A stretch of 64,000 nt of DNA from Sphingobacteriia bacterium (GTDB lineage Bacteria > Bacteroidota > Bacteroidia > UBA7662). The position numbers and the translations under genes are program-made. Of this stretch, positions 10,186 to 18,776 are shown piece by piece. How positions within the stretch are numbered: the first letter of the stretch is position 1; each line of letters starts with the position of its first letter. The notes under the pieces were generated by a model. It was not told the DNA's origin. It worked only from the letters and a program-made list of their open reading frames with translations, and did no database searches. Where the stretch lies: assembly GCA_009927485.1 (NCBI GenBank), contig RFMW01000225.1, forward strand, positions 760 to 64,759, in the 5' to 3' direction.

Positions 10186-11269
10186 ATGAGACAAGAACAC
10201 CTAACAGACCTTCGGGAACGCCTTGAGGCGTTGAGGAGGTTTCTTTGACCTCGATGCGAAGATTGCTCGAATCAAAGATGTAGAGACCCGATCCACCGCC
10301 CCAGGATTCTGGGACGACCCGGTAGCGGCCGAAAATTGGTTGAAATCGGTCAAAATCCCCAAACAGTGGGTTGAGGCCTATCAGCAACTCCATGAACAAA
10401 TCGAGGAGCTGGGAATTTATTACGAATTTCAACAAGCCGGGGAAATTACCATGGAAGAATTGGATGCAACCTACGACCAATGCGTCGAGGCCACCGAAGC
10501 CCTGGAATTTCGCAATATGTTACAGTCCGAAGAAGACCCCTTAAGCGCCATTATCGAAATCAATTCGGGGGCTGGAGGCACCGAAAGCCAGGATTGGGCC
10601 TCCATGCTGGAACGCATGTACCGCATGTGGGCCGATTCCAAAGGGTACCGAATTCAAGAGCTTGACCGACAAGACGGTGAAGAAGCCGGGATCAAGTCCG
10701 TGTCCTTGGAAATCACCGGGGATTTCGCCTACGGTTACCTCAAGGGCGAAAACGGGGTCCATCGCCTGGTCAGGATCTCCCCCTTCGACTCCAACGCGAG
10801 GCGACATACCTCCTTTGCCTCGGTGTATGCGTACCCGGTCATTGACGACAGCATCCAAATCGAAATTCATCCCAACGACCTGGAATTGCAAACAGCCCGC
10901 TCCGGGGGTGCAGGCGGTCAGAACGTGAACAAAGTGGAAACCAAGGTGATGCTCACCCACAAACCCACCGGTATCGTGGTGGTCTGCCAGGTGGAACGTA
11001 GCCAATCCGCTAACCGCGAACGTGCCATGCAGATGCTACGTTCCCAACTCTATGAATTGGAATTGCGCAAACGCAACGAAGCCCGTCAAAGCATTGAAGA
11101 TTCCAAAAAGAAAATCGAATGGGGATCGCAAATTCGCTCCTATGTCTTGCACCCCTACAAGCTGGTCAAAGATGTACGCAGCGAACACGAAACCTCCAAT
11201 GCCCAAGGGGTTTTGGACGGGGATTTGGATCCCTTTATCAAGGCTTATTTGATGAGCGAACAAGGCTAA
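10186..11269 (+). CDS. prfB: Peptide chain release factor 2, expressed through a +1 programmed ribosomal frameshift; join(10186..10245,10247..11269)
   Basis: A 20-codon leader ([20 protein letters not shown]) ends at CTT TGA C (10243-10249). The +1 frame continues [11 protein letters not shown].. into the 309-aa RF2 body ([16 protein letters not shown]..; GGQ motif in ..[18 protein letters not shown]..). Confidence 0.9.
10234..10249 (+). promoter_or_regulatory. prfB: prfB +1 frameshift cassette: internal SD-like AGGAGG, 3-nt spacer, CUU UGA C slippery/stop site
   Basis: AGGAGG at 10234-10239, TTT spacer, CTT at 10243-10245, TGA at 10246-10248, C at 10249. The spacing is the same as the E. 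coli prfB autoregulatory site. Confidence 0.85.
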
Positions 11270-11281
11270 TCCACTCGACTT

Positions 11282-12694
11282 ATGAATTCCAACACCCAAC
11301 AAATCCCGGCGTGGTGGCAGGACCTGCAAAGGAGCAACCCCATCTTGGCCGCAGAAAATGCCAGGGAACGCATCCAGCGATTAATGCGCCTTCGTGAGGC
11401 AATCCTTGAATCCGAAGAGGCAATACGCCAAGCCCTCCACACGGACTTGGGTAAACCGGCCATGGAAAGCAACCTCACCGAATTGTTACCGGTGTACAAC
11501 GAAATCAAGCATTTCAAAGCCAACCTCCATCGCTGGATGCGGAACCGAAATGTAGGCCCCCATTTTCCCTACCTTCTGTCCAGCGGACATATCCAATACC
11601 AAGCCAAAGGTTGCGTGCTGCTGATTGCCCCTTGGAATTATCCATTTCAGTTGGCGGTCATGCCCTTGATTGCGGCCATTGCAGCGGGGAATACGGTGGT
11701 GGTTAAGCCCTCGGAGCATGCCCCCGCAACCACGGCTTTGCTGTCGGAATTACTCCCCAAAGCCCTGGGGGATGATGTGGTCAAAGTGGTTTCCGGTGAT
11801 GGCCATGTTGGCACCGAACTCTTGAAGTTGCCCTTTGACCATATTCTTTTTACGGGTGGCGAACGGGTTGGCAAAATTGTGGCCCAATCGGCAGCGGCTG
11901 AACTGATTCCCTATACCCTGGAATTGGGGGGCAAATCCCCGGTCTATGTGGACGAATCCGCTCCTTTGGAGGCCACGGCCGCCAAAGTCTATTGGGGCAA
12001 ATGGCTCAACGGAGGCCAAACCTGCATTGCCCCGGATTACCTGCTCATGAACCGCAGCATGGTACCGCTCATGGCCGAGGCTTTTCGAGTGGCTTCGAGC
12101 AAAGTTCAAGAAGGCGAACAGGCAGGAGGCCCATCCCTTTGCCAACAAATTCATGCCCAGCATGCAGACCGTATTCGGGATTTGTTACAGGATGCCGTGG
12201 CCGGCGGCGCTCGCATCGAAGTAGGCGGACGTTGGGACGATCAAGGTCTTCGCCTTGAACCCACCGTTTTGTCGGGGGTGACCCCTGGCATGCGGCTGAT
12301 GAACGAAGAAATCTTCGGCCCCATTCTGCCCATTGTCGGCGTGGATCATCTGGAAGAGGCCCTGGCTTTTGTTCGCAACAGGCCGAAACCCTTGGCACTT
12401 TATGTCTTTGCCCGAAACCCCAAGGTCATGCAACGTTGGGCTATGGAGAGCAGTTCGGGCAGCATGTGCTTGAACGATGTGGTGATTCAAATTTCACACC
12501 CCGACCTGCCGCTGGGCGGAGTGGGCGCTTCGGGCTCGGGCTCATACCATGGTCGTTACGGTTTCGAAACCTTTTCCCATGCGAGGGCCGTGCTTAGCAA
12601 CCCCCATTGGCCCAACCTTACCTCTTTCTTCTATCCACCCTATACCCCCTTCAAAGCCAAACTTGCCGGTTGGCTAATGAGTTGGATGCGTTAG
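11282..12694 (+). CDS. Aldehyde dehydrogenase family protein (class-3-like)
   Basis: 470 aa; ..LELGGKSP.. and catalytic-Cys region (..NGGQTCIAPDY..) typical of NAD(P)-dependent ALDH. Confidence 0.85.
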   Translation: MNSNTQQIPAWWQDLQRSNPILAAENARERIQRLMRLREAILESEEAIRQALHTDLGKPAMESNLTELLPVYNEIKHFKANLHRWMRNRNVGPHFPYLLSSGHIQYQAKGCVLLIAPWNYPFQLAVMPLIAAIAAGNTVVVKPSEHAPATTALLSELLPKALGDDVVKVVSGDGHVGTELLKLPFDHILFTGGERVGKIVAQSAAAELIPYTLELGGKSPVYVDESAPLEATAAKVYWGKWLNGGQTCIAPDYLLMNRSMVPLMAEAFRVASSKVQEGEQAGGPSLCQQIHAQHADRIRDLLQDAVAGGARIEVGGRWDDQGLRLEPTVLSGVTPGMRLMNEEIFGPILPIVGVDHLEEALAFVRNRPKPLALYVFARNPKVMQRWAMESSSGSMCLNDVVIQISHPDLPLGGVGASGSGSYHGRYGFETFSHARAVLSNPHWPNLTSFFYPPYTPFKAKLAGWLMSWMR

Positions 12695-12717
12695 TTCTTG
12701 GATGAAAGTCAAAAAAA

Positions 12718-13755
12718 TCAATCGAAATCGCTGAAGCCGTCCGGGTCCTGGTTGCTGGGATCCTGGTCGCTGGGGTCCTGGTCGCTGGGGTCCTGGCGAT
12801 CAGCATCATCCGATCCGGGATTCTCTTCGCTATTCGGATGGGTTTGGTCTTCGGGATGCAGGGTGCGCCATGGATTTTCCTCGACCAAGACGTCCCGTAA
12901 TTCCACCAATTCCTTGGAGGCTTCTTGTTTACCGGATTCGGAATACCCGTGAATGAGGTTGTTCAAGACTCGGATGACGATGTCATGGTGGGTGCACGGT
13001 CTGAAATACCGAGGGTTGGCCGGCAGATGAATCAATTCCAGAAAACGTTCGATTTCCTTCTCGCCGAAGACCATGCCTTTGTTGAAGGCGTTGATGTAGA
13101 ACAGGGCCTTGGGTACGGAAATTTCTTCCGTAACATCATCCAGATAGGCTAAAATAAAATGTTGCGGAAGATTGACCCCCACCACCGGCATCTCCATTTT
13201 GGTTGCCAACCACATGTAGATGCAACATAGCACGATGGGGTTCCCCTTGCGGCTCTCGAGTACCTTGTTCAGGCAAGAATTCTGAGGATCGTTGTAATTG
13301 GCGGTATTGCCACGGTATCCATGGATCTTGAACAAAACGTGGTTGATGACCCTTACCTTCTCCAATGCCGTCATGCATGGATTCATTTCCATCCATATCT
13401 CAATCCGCAGGCTTTCGAGGCGGTTGCGTAATTCACTCTCGTCCAGATCGGGGTAACGAATCCGTGCAATCCAAATGAGCGCGGTGAGGAGATCTTCTTG
13501 GTCACCAAGATTCCATGCCAACAGAGCTTCTTTGCATTGGTTCCATTGGATTTGGTGGATGAGCTCTTCGATTCGCTCCCTGGCAATCAATGGCAAATCC
13601 CCAATCCAAGCAGATTCCAAAAAGGGAACCACCAGAGGACCGCGGAGCAGCAGGGCCTTGCTCACCTCCTCGACCACTTCCTGGTCGGTATCATCGAGCA
13701 GGCATATCATGGCCTGCAATTCACTTTCGGAGGGGAGGGCGTTGGTTTGGGGCAT
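12718..13755 (-). CDS. Transglutaminase-like/TPR protein of the SirB1/YchA family, with a C-terminal (DPSDQ)n repeat tail
   Basis: 345 aa; ..RYPDLDESEL..HVLFKIHGYRGNTANYNDPQNSCLNKVLESRKGNPIVLCCIYMWLATK..VNLPQHFIL.. matches the transglutaminase-like superfamily (PF13369-type); the tail reads DDADRQDPSDQDPSDQDPSNQDP. Confidence 0.7.
   Translation of the reverse strand: MPQTNALPSESELQAMICLLDDTDQEVVEEVSKALLLRGPLVVPFLESAWIGDLPLIARERIEELIHQIQWNQCKEALLAWNLGDQEDLLTALIWIARIRYPDLDESELRNRLESLRIEIWMEMNPCMTALEKVRVINHVLFKIHGYRGNTANYNDPQNSCLNKVLESRKGNPIVLCCIYMWLATKMEMPVVGVNLPQHFILAYLDDVTEEISVPKALFYINAFNKGMVFGEKEIERFLELIHLPANPRYFRPCTHHDIVIRVLNNLIHGYSESGKQEASKELVELRDVLVEENPWRTLHPEDQTHPNSEENPGSDDADRQDPSDQDPSDQDPSNQDPDGFSDFD
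12746..12796. repeat. 15-nt tandem repeat (tcctggtcgctgggg), about 3.4 copies
   Basis: Seen directly in sequence; it encodes the pentapeptide repeat DPSDQ at the C-terminus of the SirB1-like gene on the minus strand. Confidence 0.85.
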
Positions 13756-13867
13756 GCGTTGAGACGAATTTCGTTCAGCGACAAGGGCATTCCCAAATTT
13801 CTTGGAACAAATTTATCCCCCAATTTTATCCACCGTAACCAATGTTCTGCACGTTGCTCGGGGACCT

Positions 13868-16291
13868 TCAGGATTTGGATTTGGTTGCGGCCTTGGATTT
13901 GGTTGCGGCCTTGGGTTTGGTTGCGGCCTTGGCGGGGTTCTTGGCCTTGGATCTGGCTGAGAAACGACCGGGTTTGGGAGGCGGGGCCTGTTCAATCCAT
14001 TGGACGCATTGGGCTTCGTCGGCGCTTTCAAAGTCCGCACCTTTTGGAATACGGTAGTTTTCTCCGTCCCGGGTCAGGTACGGCCCCCAACGGCCTTGGA
14101 TCATTTGAATTCCGCTGTCCGGGAAATCCTTGAGAAGGCGGGCGGCCGCGGCTTGTTGTTTGGCGATGATAAGTTCAACAGCCCTTGCGGGGGTAAGGGT
14201 TAGCGGATCTTCTTCTTTGGGAATGGACACGAACAAATCACCCCATTTGACGTAGGGACCAAAACGTCCTGCACCCACCGTCATGCCCTGCCCCTCATGC
14301 TCCCCCAAGGTGCGCGGAAGGCGAAACAAATCCAAAGCATCGGCAAGGTCAAGCTGTTCCATGATCATCCCGGCCCTGAGCTTGGCGTATTGCGGTTTGG
14401 CATCCGGGTCCTTAGGGTTGGTACGGGCCACCACGGGGCCGTAACGAGCCATCCGAACGGAGTACATCAATCCGCCGTCCATCCCCAGTTCGCGCTCGCC
14501 GTTGACACGCTCGCTTTCTTCAGTAGCTTTGGTAACCGTCTGATGAAAAGGCTGATAGAAGGTATCAAGCATTTGGGTCCAATTCATTTGACCCTCGGCG
14601 ATGCGGTCAAAATCTTCTTCCACTTTGGCCGTGAACCCAAAGTCCATCACCACTGGAAAATGCTGCAACAAGAAATCGTTGACCAGCATGCCAATATCCG
14701 TAGGACGAAGTTTGTTTTTGTCGGCGCCGGTAATTTCTTTGAGGGTTTGCCTCTCCAAAGAAGTATTCGGCTTTTGTTCCAACACAAGGTATTGCCTTTC
14801 GACACCCTCCAAGAGGGTTCGTTCCACATAGCCACGGTCCTGAACTGTGCCAATGGTGGGGGCGTAGGTCGAAGGACGGCCTATGCCCAATTCTTCCAAT
14901 TTCTTGACCAAACTCGCTTCGGTATAGCGCGATGGTGGTCGGGTATAGCGTTGGGTTGCGAGCAAGCGATTTACCGGGGTGAGGTCCCCTTGTTGAAGGG
15001 CCGGCAAACGAATTTCTTTGTTGGGTTCGTCTTCGTTGCCGTCTTGATCTTCCTCATCCGCACTTTCCAAATACAATTTGAGAAAACCATCGAAGAGGAG
15101 CACCTCGCCATCGGCGATAAACTCTTCTTTCAAAGAAGGGGTGCTCAGGTTGATGCGGGTTTTCTCCAATTTGGCTTCCGCCATTTGGCTGGCTACGGCA
15201 CGTTTCCAAATCAATTCGTAGAGGGCTTGTTGGTCCTTTTCGAGTTCAGGGAGCCGTGACTTGGTAAAGTCGGTGGGACGAATGGCCTCGTGGGCTTCTT
15301 GGGCGGCTGCAGATTTGGTTTTGAATTGGCGTCGGTGGTAATAAGCTTCTCCGTAGGATTGCCGAATGGCTTGGGCCGAAGCCTCCAAGGCGGTTTCCGA
15401 GAGATTGACCGAATCGGTACGCATGTAGGTGATATGCCCTTCCTCGTAAAGCCGCTGGGCAACTCGCATGGTTTTGGTGACCCCGAACCTCAATTTGCGG
15501 GATGCTTCCTGCTGCAAAGTCGAGGTGGTGAAAGGCGCAGAAGGGCTTTTGGTGGCCGGCTTTTTCTCGACGGCTTTGACGGTCCAATCGCATTGGCCTG
15601 CTTTTTGGAGCCAAGGGCTTACCTCTTCTTCGTGGTCAAAACGTCGGTTGAGTTCGGTTTTGAAAGGCGCCTGTACCGCAGCATTGGTGGATGCGGGTTG
15701 AAACCAACCGTTAACCCGAAAGGCTGCCTGGGGCTTGAAGGCCGAAATTTCTCGTTCTCGGTCCACGAGAATCCTGACGGCTACGGACTGTACCCGTCCT
15801 GCGGAAAGCGACGGCTTAACTTTGCGCCACAACAAAGGGGATAATTCGAAGCCGACCAAACGATCGAGGATACGACGGGCCTGCTGGGCCATGACCAAAT
15901 CCTGGTCGATGCGACGGGGGTTGGCTACGGCTGCGGTAATGGCCGGCTTGGTGATTTCATGAAAAACAATGCGTCGTGTTTTGGCCTCTTGCAATTCCAA
16001 GACTTCTTGCAAATGCCATGCAATGGCTTCTCCCTCGCGGTCTTCATCCGAGGCCAGCCAGACCAGCTCGGCTTTTTTGGCTAATTTGCGGAGTTCGGCA
16101 ACCATGGCCTTTTTATCGTCCGGTACGGCATAGGTGGCGGCATATCCCTCCTCTACCTTGACAGCATGATTGCCTTTGACCAGGTCCCGAATATGCCCAA
16201 AGGACGATTTTACCAAGAAATCATCCCCGAGGTACGAACCAATGGTTTTGGCCTTGGCGGGGGATTCGACAATCAAAAGGTTTTTGGCCAT
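13868..16291 (-). CDS. topA: DNA topoisomerase I with a lysine-rich (KAATKS)n C-terminal tail
   Basis: The homologous start MAKNLLIVESPAKAKTI is at 16291; the ORF-track start at 16420 is an upstream in-frame extension. Toprim and Topo IA domains are present; the tail reads KAKNPAKAATKPKAATKSKAATKSKS. Confidence 0.9.
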   Translation of the reverse strand: MAKNLLIVESPAKAKTIGSYLGDDFLVKSSFGHIRDLVKGNHAVKVEEGYAATYAVPDDKKAMVAELRKLAKKAELVWLASDEDREGEAIAWHLQEVLELQEAKTRRIVFHEITKPAITAAVANPRRIDQDLVMAQQARRILDRLVGFELSPLLWRKVKPSLSAGRVQSVAVRILVDREREISAFKPQAAFRVNGWFQPASTNAAVQAPFKTELNRRFDHEEEVSPWLQKAGQCDWTVKAVEKKPATKSPSAPFTTSTLQQEASRKLRFGVTKTMRVAQRLYEEGHITYMRTDSVNLSETALEASAQAIRQSYGEAYYHRRQFKTKSAAAQEAHEAIRPTDFTKSRLPELEKDQQALYELIWKRAVASQMAEAKLEKTRINLSTPSLKEEFIADGEVLLFDGFLKLYLESADEEDQDGNEDEPNKEIRLPALQQGDLTPVNRLLATQRYTRPPSRYTEASLVKKLEELGIGRPSTYAPTIGTVQDRGYVERTLLEGVERQYLVLEQKPNTSLERQTLKEITGADKNKLRPTDIGMLVNDFLLQHFPVVMDFGFTAKVEEDFDRIAEGQMNWTQMLDTFYQPFHQTVTKATEESERVNGERELGMDGGLMYSVRMARYGPVVARTNPKDPDAKPQYAKLRAGMIMEQLDLADALDLFRLPRTLGEHEGQGMTVGAGRFGPYVKWGDLFVSIPKEEDPLTLTPARAVELIIAKQQAAAARLLKDFPDSGIQMIQGRWGPYLTRDGENYRIPKGADFESADEAQCVQWIEQAPPPKPGRFSARSKAKNPAKAATKPKAATKSKAATKSKS
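13873..13932. repeat. 18-nt tandem repeat (atttggttgcggccttgg), 3 copies plus a partial
   Basis: Seen directly in sequence; it encodes the KAATKS hexapeptide repeats of the topA tail on the minus strand. Confidence 0.85.
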
Positions 16292-16435
16292 AAGGGATTT
16301 TTCGTAGGCAAAGTAAAGGCCAAGTATCCCCGCAAGGATATTTTTGGTTTGATTTGCGTGGAATTTGCAAGTTGAATCCCAGAAATCCCTTCGGCTTACT
16401 TGCTCCCAACAACCCACCACCCTTAAACTTGGTCC

Positions 16436-17167
16436 ATGCCTTCAGGCCTCAGTATTTTGGTTCCTGCCTACAACGAGGAACATACCATTGTTTCGATTTT
16501 AGAACTTTTGTTTCAAACGCAATTGCCTGATAACATGAGTAAAGAAGTCATTGTGGTCAATGATTGCTCCACCGACAAGACCTCTGCCCTCTTGGATGAT
16601 TTTGCGAGCAGAAATCCTGAATTACCCCTGCGGATCCTGCATTGCCCGCGAAACCAGGGCAAAGGAGCAGCCATTCGTCAGGCCATCGCAATGGCCTCTA
16701 TGGAGTACCTGGTCGTGCAAGATGCAGACCTGGAATACGACCCTGCGGAATTCAAGGTTCTGTTGGCCCCATTGATCGCAGGCAAGGCCGATGTCGTGTA
16801 CGGCTCGCGTTTTATGGGGGGCAAACCGCATCGGATTTTGTTTTTTTGGCATACGGTGGGCAACAAGTTCCTGACCTTCCTGAGCAATGCCTTGACCAAC
16901 TTGAACCTAACGGACATGGAGACCTGTTACAAGATGATGCGGACTTCGGTGGCCCAAGGCCTGAGGTTGCAAGAAAACCGATTTGGCTTTGAACCGGAGG
17001 TAACAGCGGCTTTGGCGGGCATACCGGGGATCCGTATTTTCGAGGTGGGTATATCCTATTACGGCCGCACCTATGCCGAAGGCAAGAAAATCAATTGGAA
17101 AGACGGGTTCAGGGCCATTTATTGCATTTTGAAATACAACAGTTGGGCCAAGGTTTCTTCGCATTGA
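16436..17167 (+). CDS. GT2-family polyprenol-phosphate glycosyltransferase (DPM1/ArnC-like)
   Basis: 243 aa; ..ILVPAYNEE..VVNDCSTD..VVQDADLEYDP.. is the classic GT2 DxD architecture of dolichyl/undecaprenyl-phosphate sugar synthases. Confidence 0.8.
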   Translation: MPSGLSILVPAYNEEHTIVSILELLFQTQLPDNMSKEVIVVNDCSTDKTSALLDDFASRNPELPLRILHCPRNQGKGAAIRQAIAMASMEYLVVQDADLEYDPAEFKVLLAPLIAGKADVVYGSRFMGGKPHRILFFWHTVGNKFLTFLSNALTNLNLTDMETCYKMMRTSVAQGLRLQENRFGFEPEVTAALAGIPGIRIFEVGISYYGRTYAEGKKINWKDGFRAIYCILKYNSWAKVSSH

Positions 17168-18756
17168 GCAGATACGCCGCCGTACTTTGGTTGGCTATGT
17201 TGGCCCTGGGTGTGGTGATTGCGGGCATTGGGGTCGACCTCATGGAGGTCGACGCGGCCCAGTACGCCTCGATGGGGCAGGAGATGAACGAGACCGGTCT
17301 ATGGGTGCAGCTGCATGAGCACGGAGCCCTGTACCAATCCAGGGGCTATCCCGACAAACCGCCTTTGGTGTTCTGGGCCGCCGCCCTCGGCACCAAGGTG
17401 CTGGGGGCGACCAATGCCGGCGCCAAAATCATCTCCGTCATGGTGGGTCTGCTGGGCATTTGGGCCCTGGGTCGTTGGGCCTCCGAATTGCTGGGACCCT
17501 CGGCATTTTGGCCTGCCCTTGCCTTCTATGGGGCCAATGTTGGCATGGGCCTGATGCTGCAGGATGTGCGCACCGACACCCTTTTGGTGGCTTTGGTTTC
17601 CTTGGCCGGTTGGCAATCCCAGGTTTGGAAAAGAACGGGGGCTTGGATGCCGGCCATGTTAGCCTTTACCTTTCTTGGCCTGGCCATGCTGGCCAAAGGC
17701 CCCTTGGCCTTCATGGCCCTCACGGCAGCCTTGGGCGGTCATGCCCTTTGGAACCGCGATTACCGCATCCTGAGGCGGGCCTCCTTTTGGGGTGGTTTGG
17801 GCCTAATGATCCTCATCCTCCTACCTTGGCTCTGGGGCCTTTACCAGCAATGGGGTTGGGATCGAGGCATACGTTATTATCTGTGGACACAGAACTTTGG
17901 AAGGATCACCGGGGAAAACCCCTGGGCCCATCGCGCGGATTATAGCTTTGTCCTTCACAATTTGTTATGGACTTTTCTGCCCTGGGTTGTCTTCTTGCCC
18001 TCGGCCTTGATTTGGGCCCTCCGCAACCCATCGCGGAACCGAGAATTGTCCTCCATGAGCCTGACAGCCTGGACCTTGTTGGTCGTGGGGCTCAGCATCA
18101 GCAAATTCCAGTTACCCCATTACGTTTATATCCTCTGGCCCTTTCAAGCCCTTTTGATTACCCAATGGTGGATTCAGGCTCCCCCACCTCGTCCTCTCCA
18201 AACAGTACCTTGGAAACTCATGAGCCTGCTGGGATTGCTTTGCTGCATGGGGGTGGATTACGCTTGGTTCGGTGTTCCATTGGCCACTTTGGTAGGATCC
18301 CTAGGCCTTGTCATTTCCTGGGCCCTTCACGGTCGGAACGCCTTGTGGATGGGGGCTTCGGCCCTGCTTCTGTCCCTGCTGGTATTGAATGCTTTCTTTT
18401 ATCCCAAACTCCTGGCCTATCAAGCCTCCAGCCGCCTTGGACAATGGGCTGCAGACCATGACGTTGCCCCCAGTCTTCAGCGAATGGGTTGCGACAACGA
18501 GTCCATCCATGCCCTGCACTTTTACACCCACAGGGTAATCCCTGAATGGTCCGCGGGTTCCGCTATTCCCGGAAATTCCTACATCATTTATAGTTCGAAG
18601 GCTTGTGCCGACTCCCTTCGCACCCTGGGCATGAAGGTCGAACCCCTTCAAGAAATGCCATCGATCAAAGTCACCCGATTATCCCTTTCTTTCCTTGATC
18701 CAAGGACGCGAAACCAACAGGGCACCCTTTCGGGAATTTACCGGGTTGTTCCTTAA
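17164..18756 (+). CDS. Polytopic ArnT/PMT_2-like glycosyltransferase (GT83/GT39-like); start uncertain (TTG 17164 or ATG 17197)
   Basis: About 530 aa and very hydrophobic; the N-terminal loop ..DAAQYASMGQEM..YPDKPPLVFW.. resembles ArnT/PMT-family membrane glycosyltransferases. TTG at 17164 overlaps the upstream TGA stop (TTGA). Confidence 0.65.
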   Translation: MSRYAAVLWLAMLALGVVIAGIGVDLMEVDAAQYASMGQEMNETGLWVQLHEHGALYQSRGYPDKPPLVFWAAALGTKVLGATNAGAKIISVMVGLLGIWALGRWASELLGPSAFWPALAFYGANVGMGLMLQDVRTDTLLVALVSLAGWQSQVWKRTGAWMPAMLAFTFLGLAMLAKGPLAFMALTAALGGHALWNRDYRILRRASFWGGLGLMILILLPWLWGLYQQWGWDRGIRYYLWTQNFGRITGENPWAHRADYSFVLHNLLWTFLPWVVFLPSALIWALRNPSRNRELSSMSLTAWTLLVVGLSISKFQLPHYVYILWPFQALLITQWWIQAPPPRPLQTVPWKLMSLLGLLCCMGVDYAWFGVPLATLVGSLGLVISWALHGRNALWMGASALLLSLLVLNAFFYPKLLAYQASSRLGQWAADHDVAPSLQRMGCDNESIHALHFYTHRVIPEWSAGSAIPGNSYIIYSSKACADSLRTLGMKVEPLQEMPSIKVTRLSLSFLDPRTRNQQGTLSGIYRVVP

Positions 18757-18776
18757 TTTCGCCGCCCTTCCACACC

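Noticed and set aside
13498-15259. Plus-strand ORFs 13498..14133 and 14297..15259 (including the WIWLRPW repeat peptide)
   Set aside because: Antisense to topA and the SirB1-like gene. The WIWLRP repeat is just the reverse reading of the KAATKS coding repeat.
16300-16436. Bacteroidota-type promoter (TTG..TAnnTTTG) in the divergent topA/GT2 region
   Set aside because: TATTTTTG is present at 16337-16344, but there is no convincing -33 TTG at 19-21 nt spacing. It is too weak to report as a feature.
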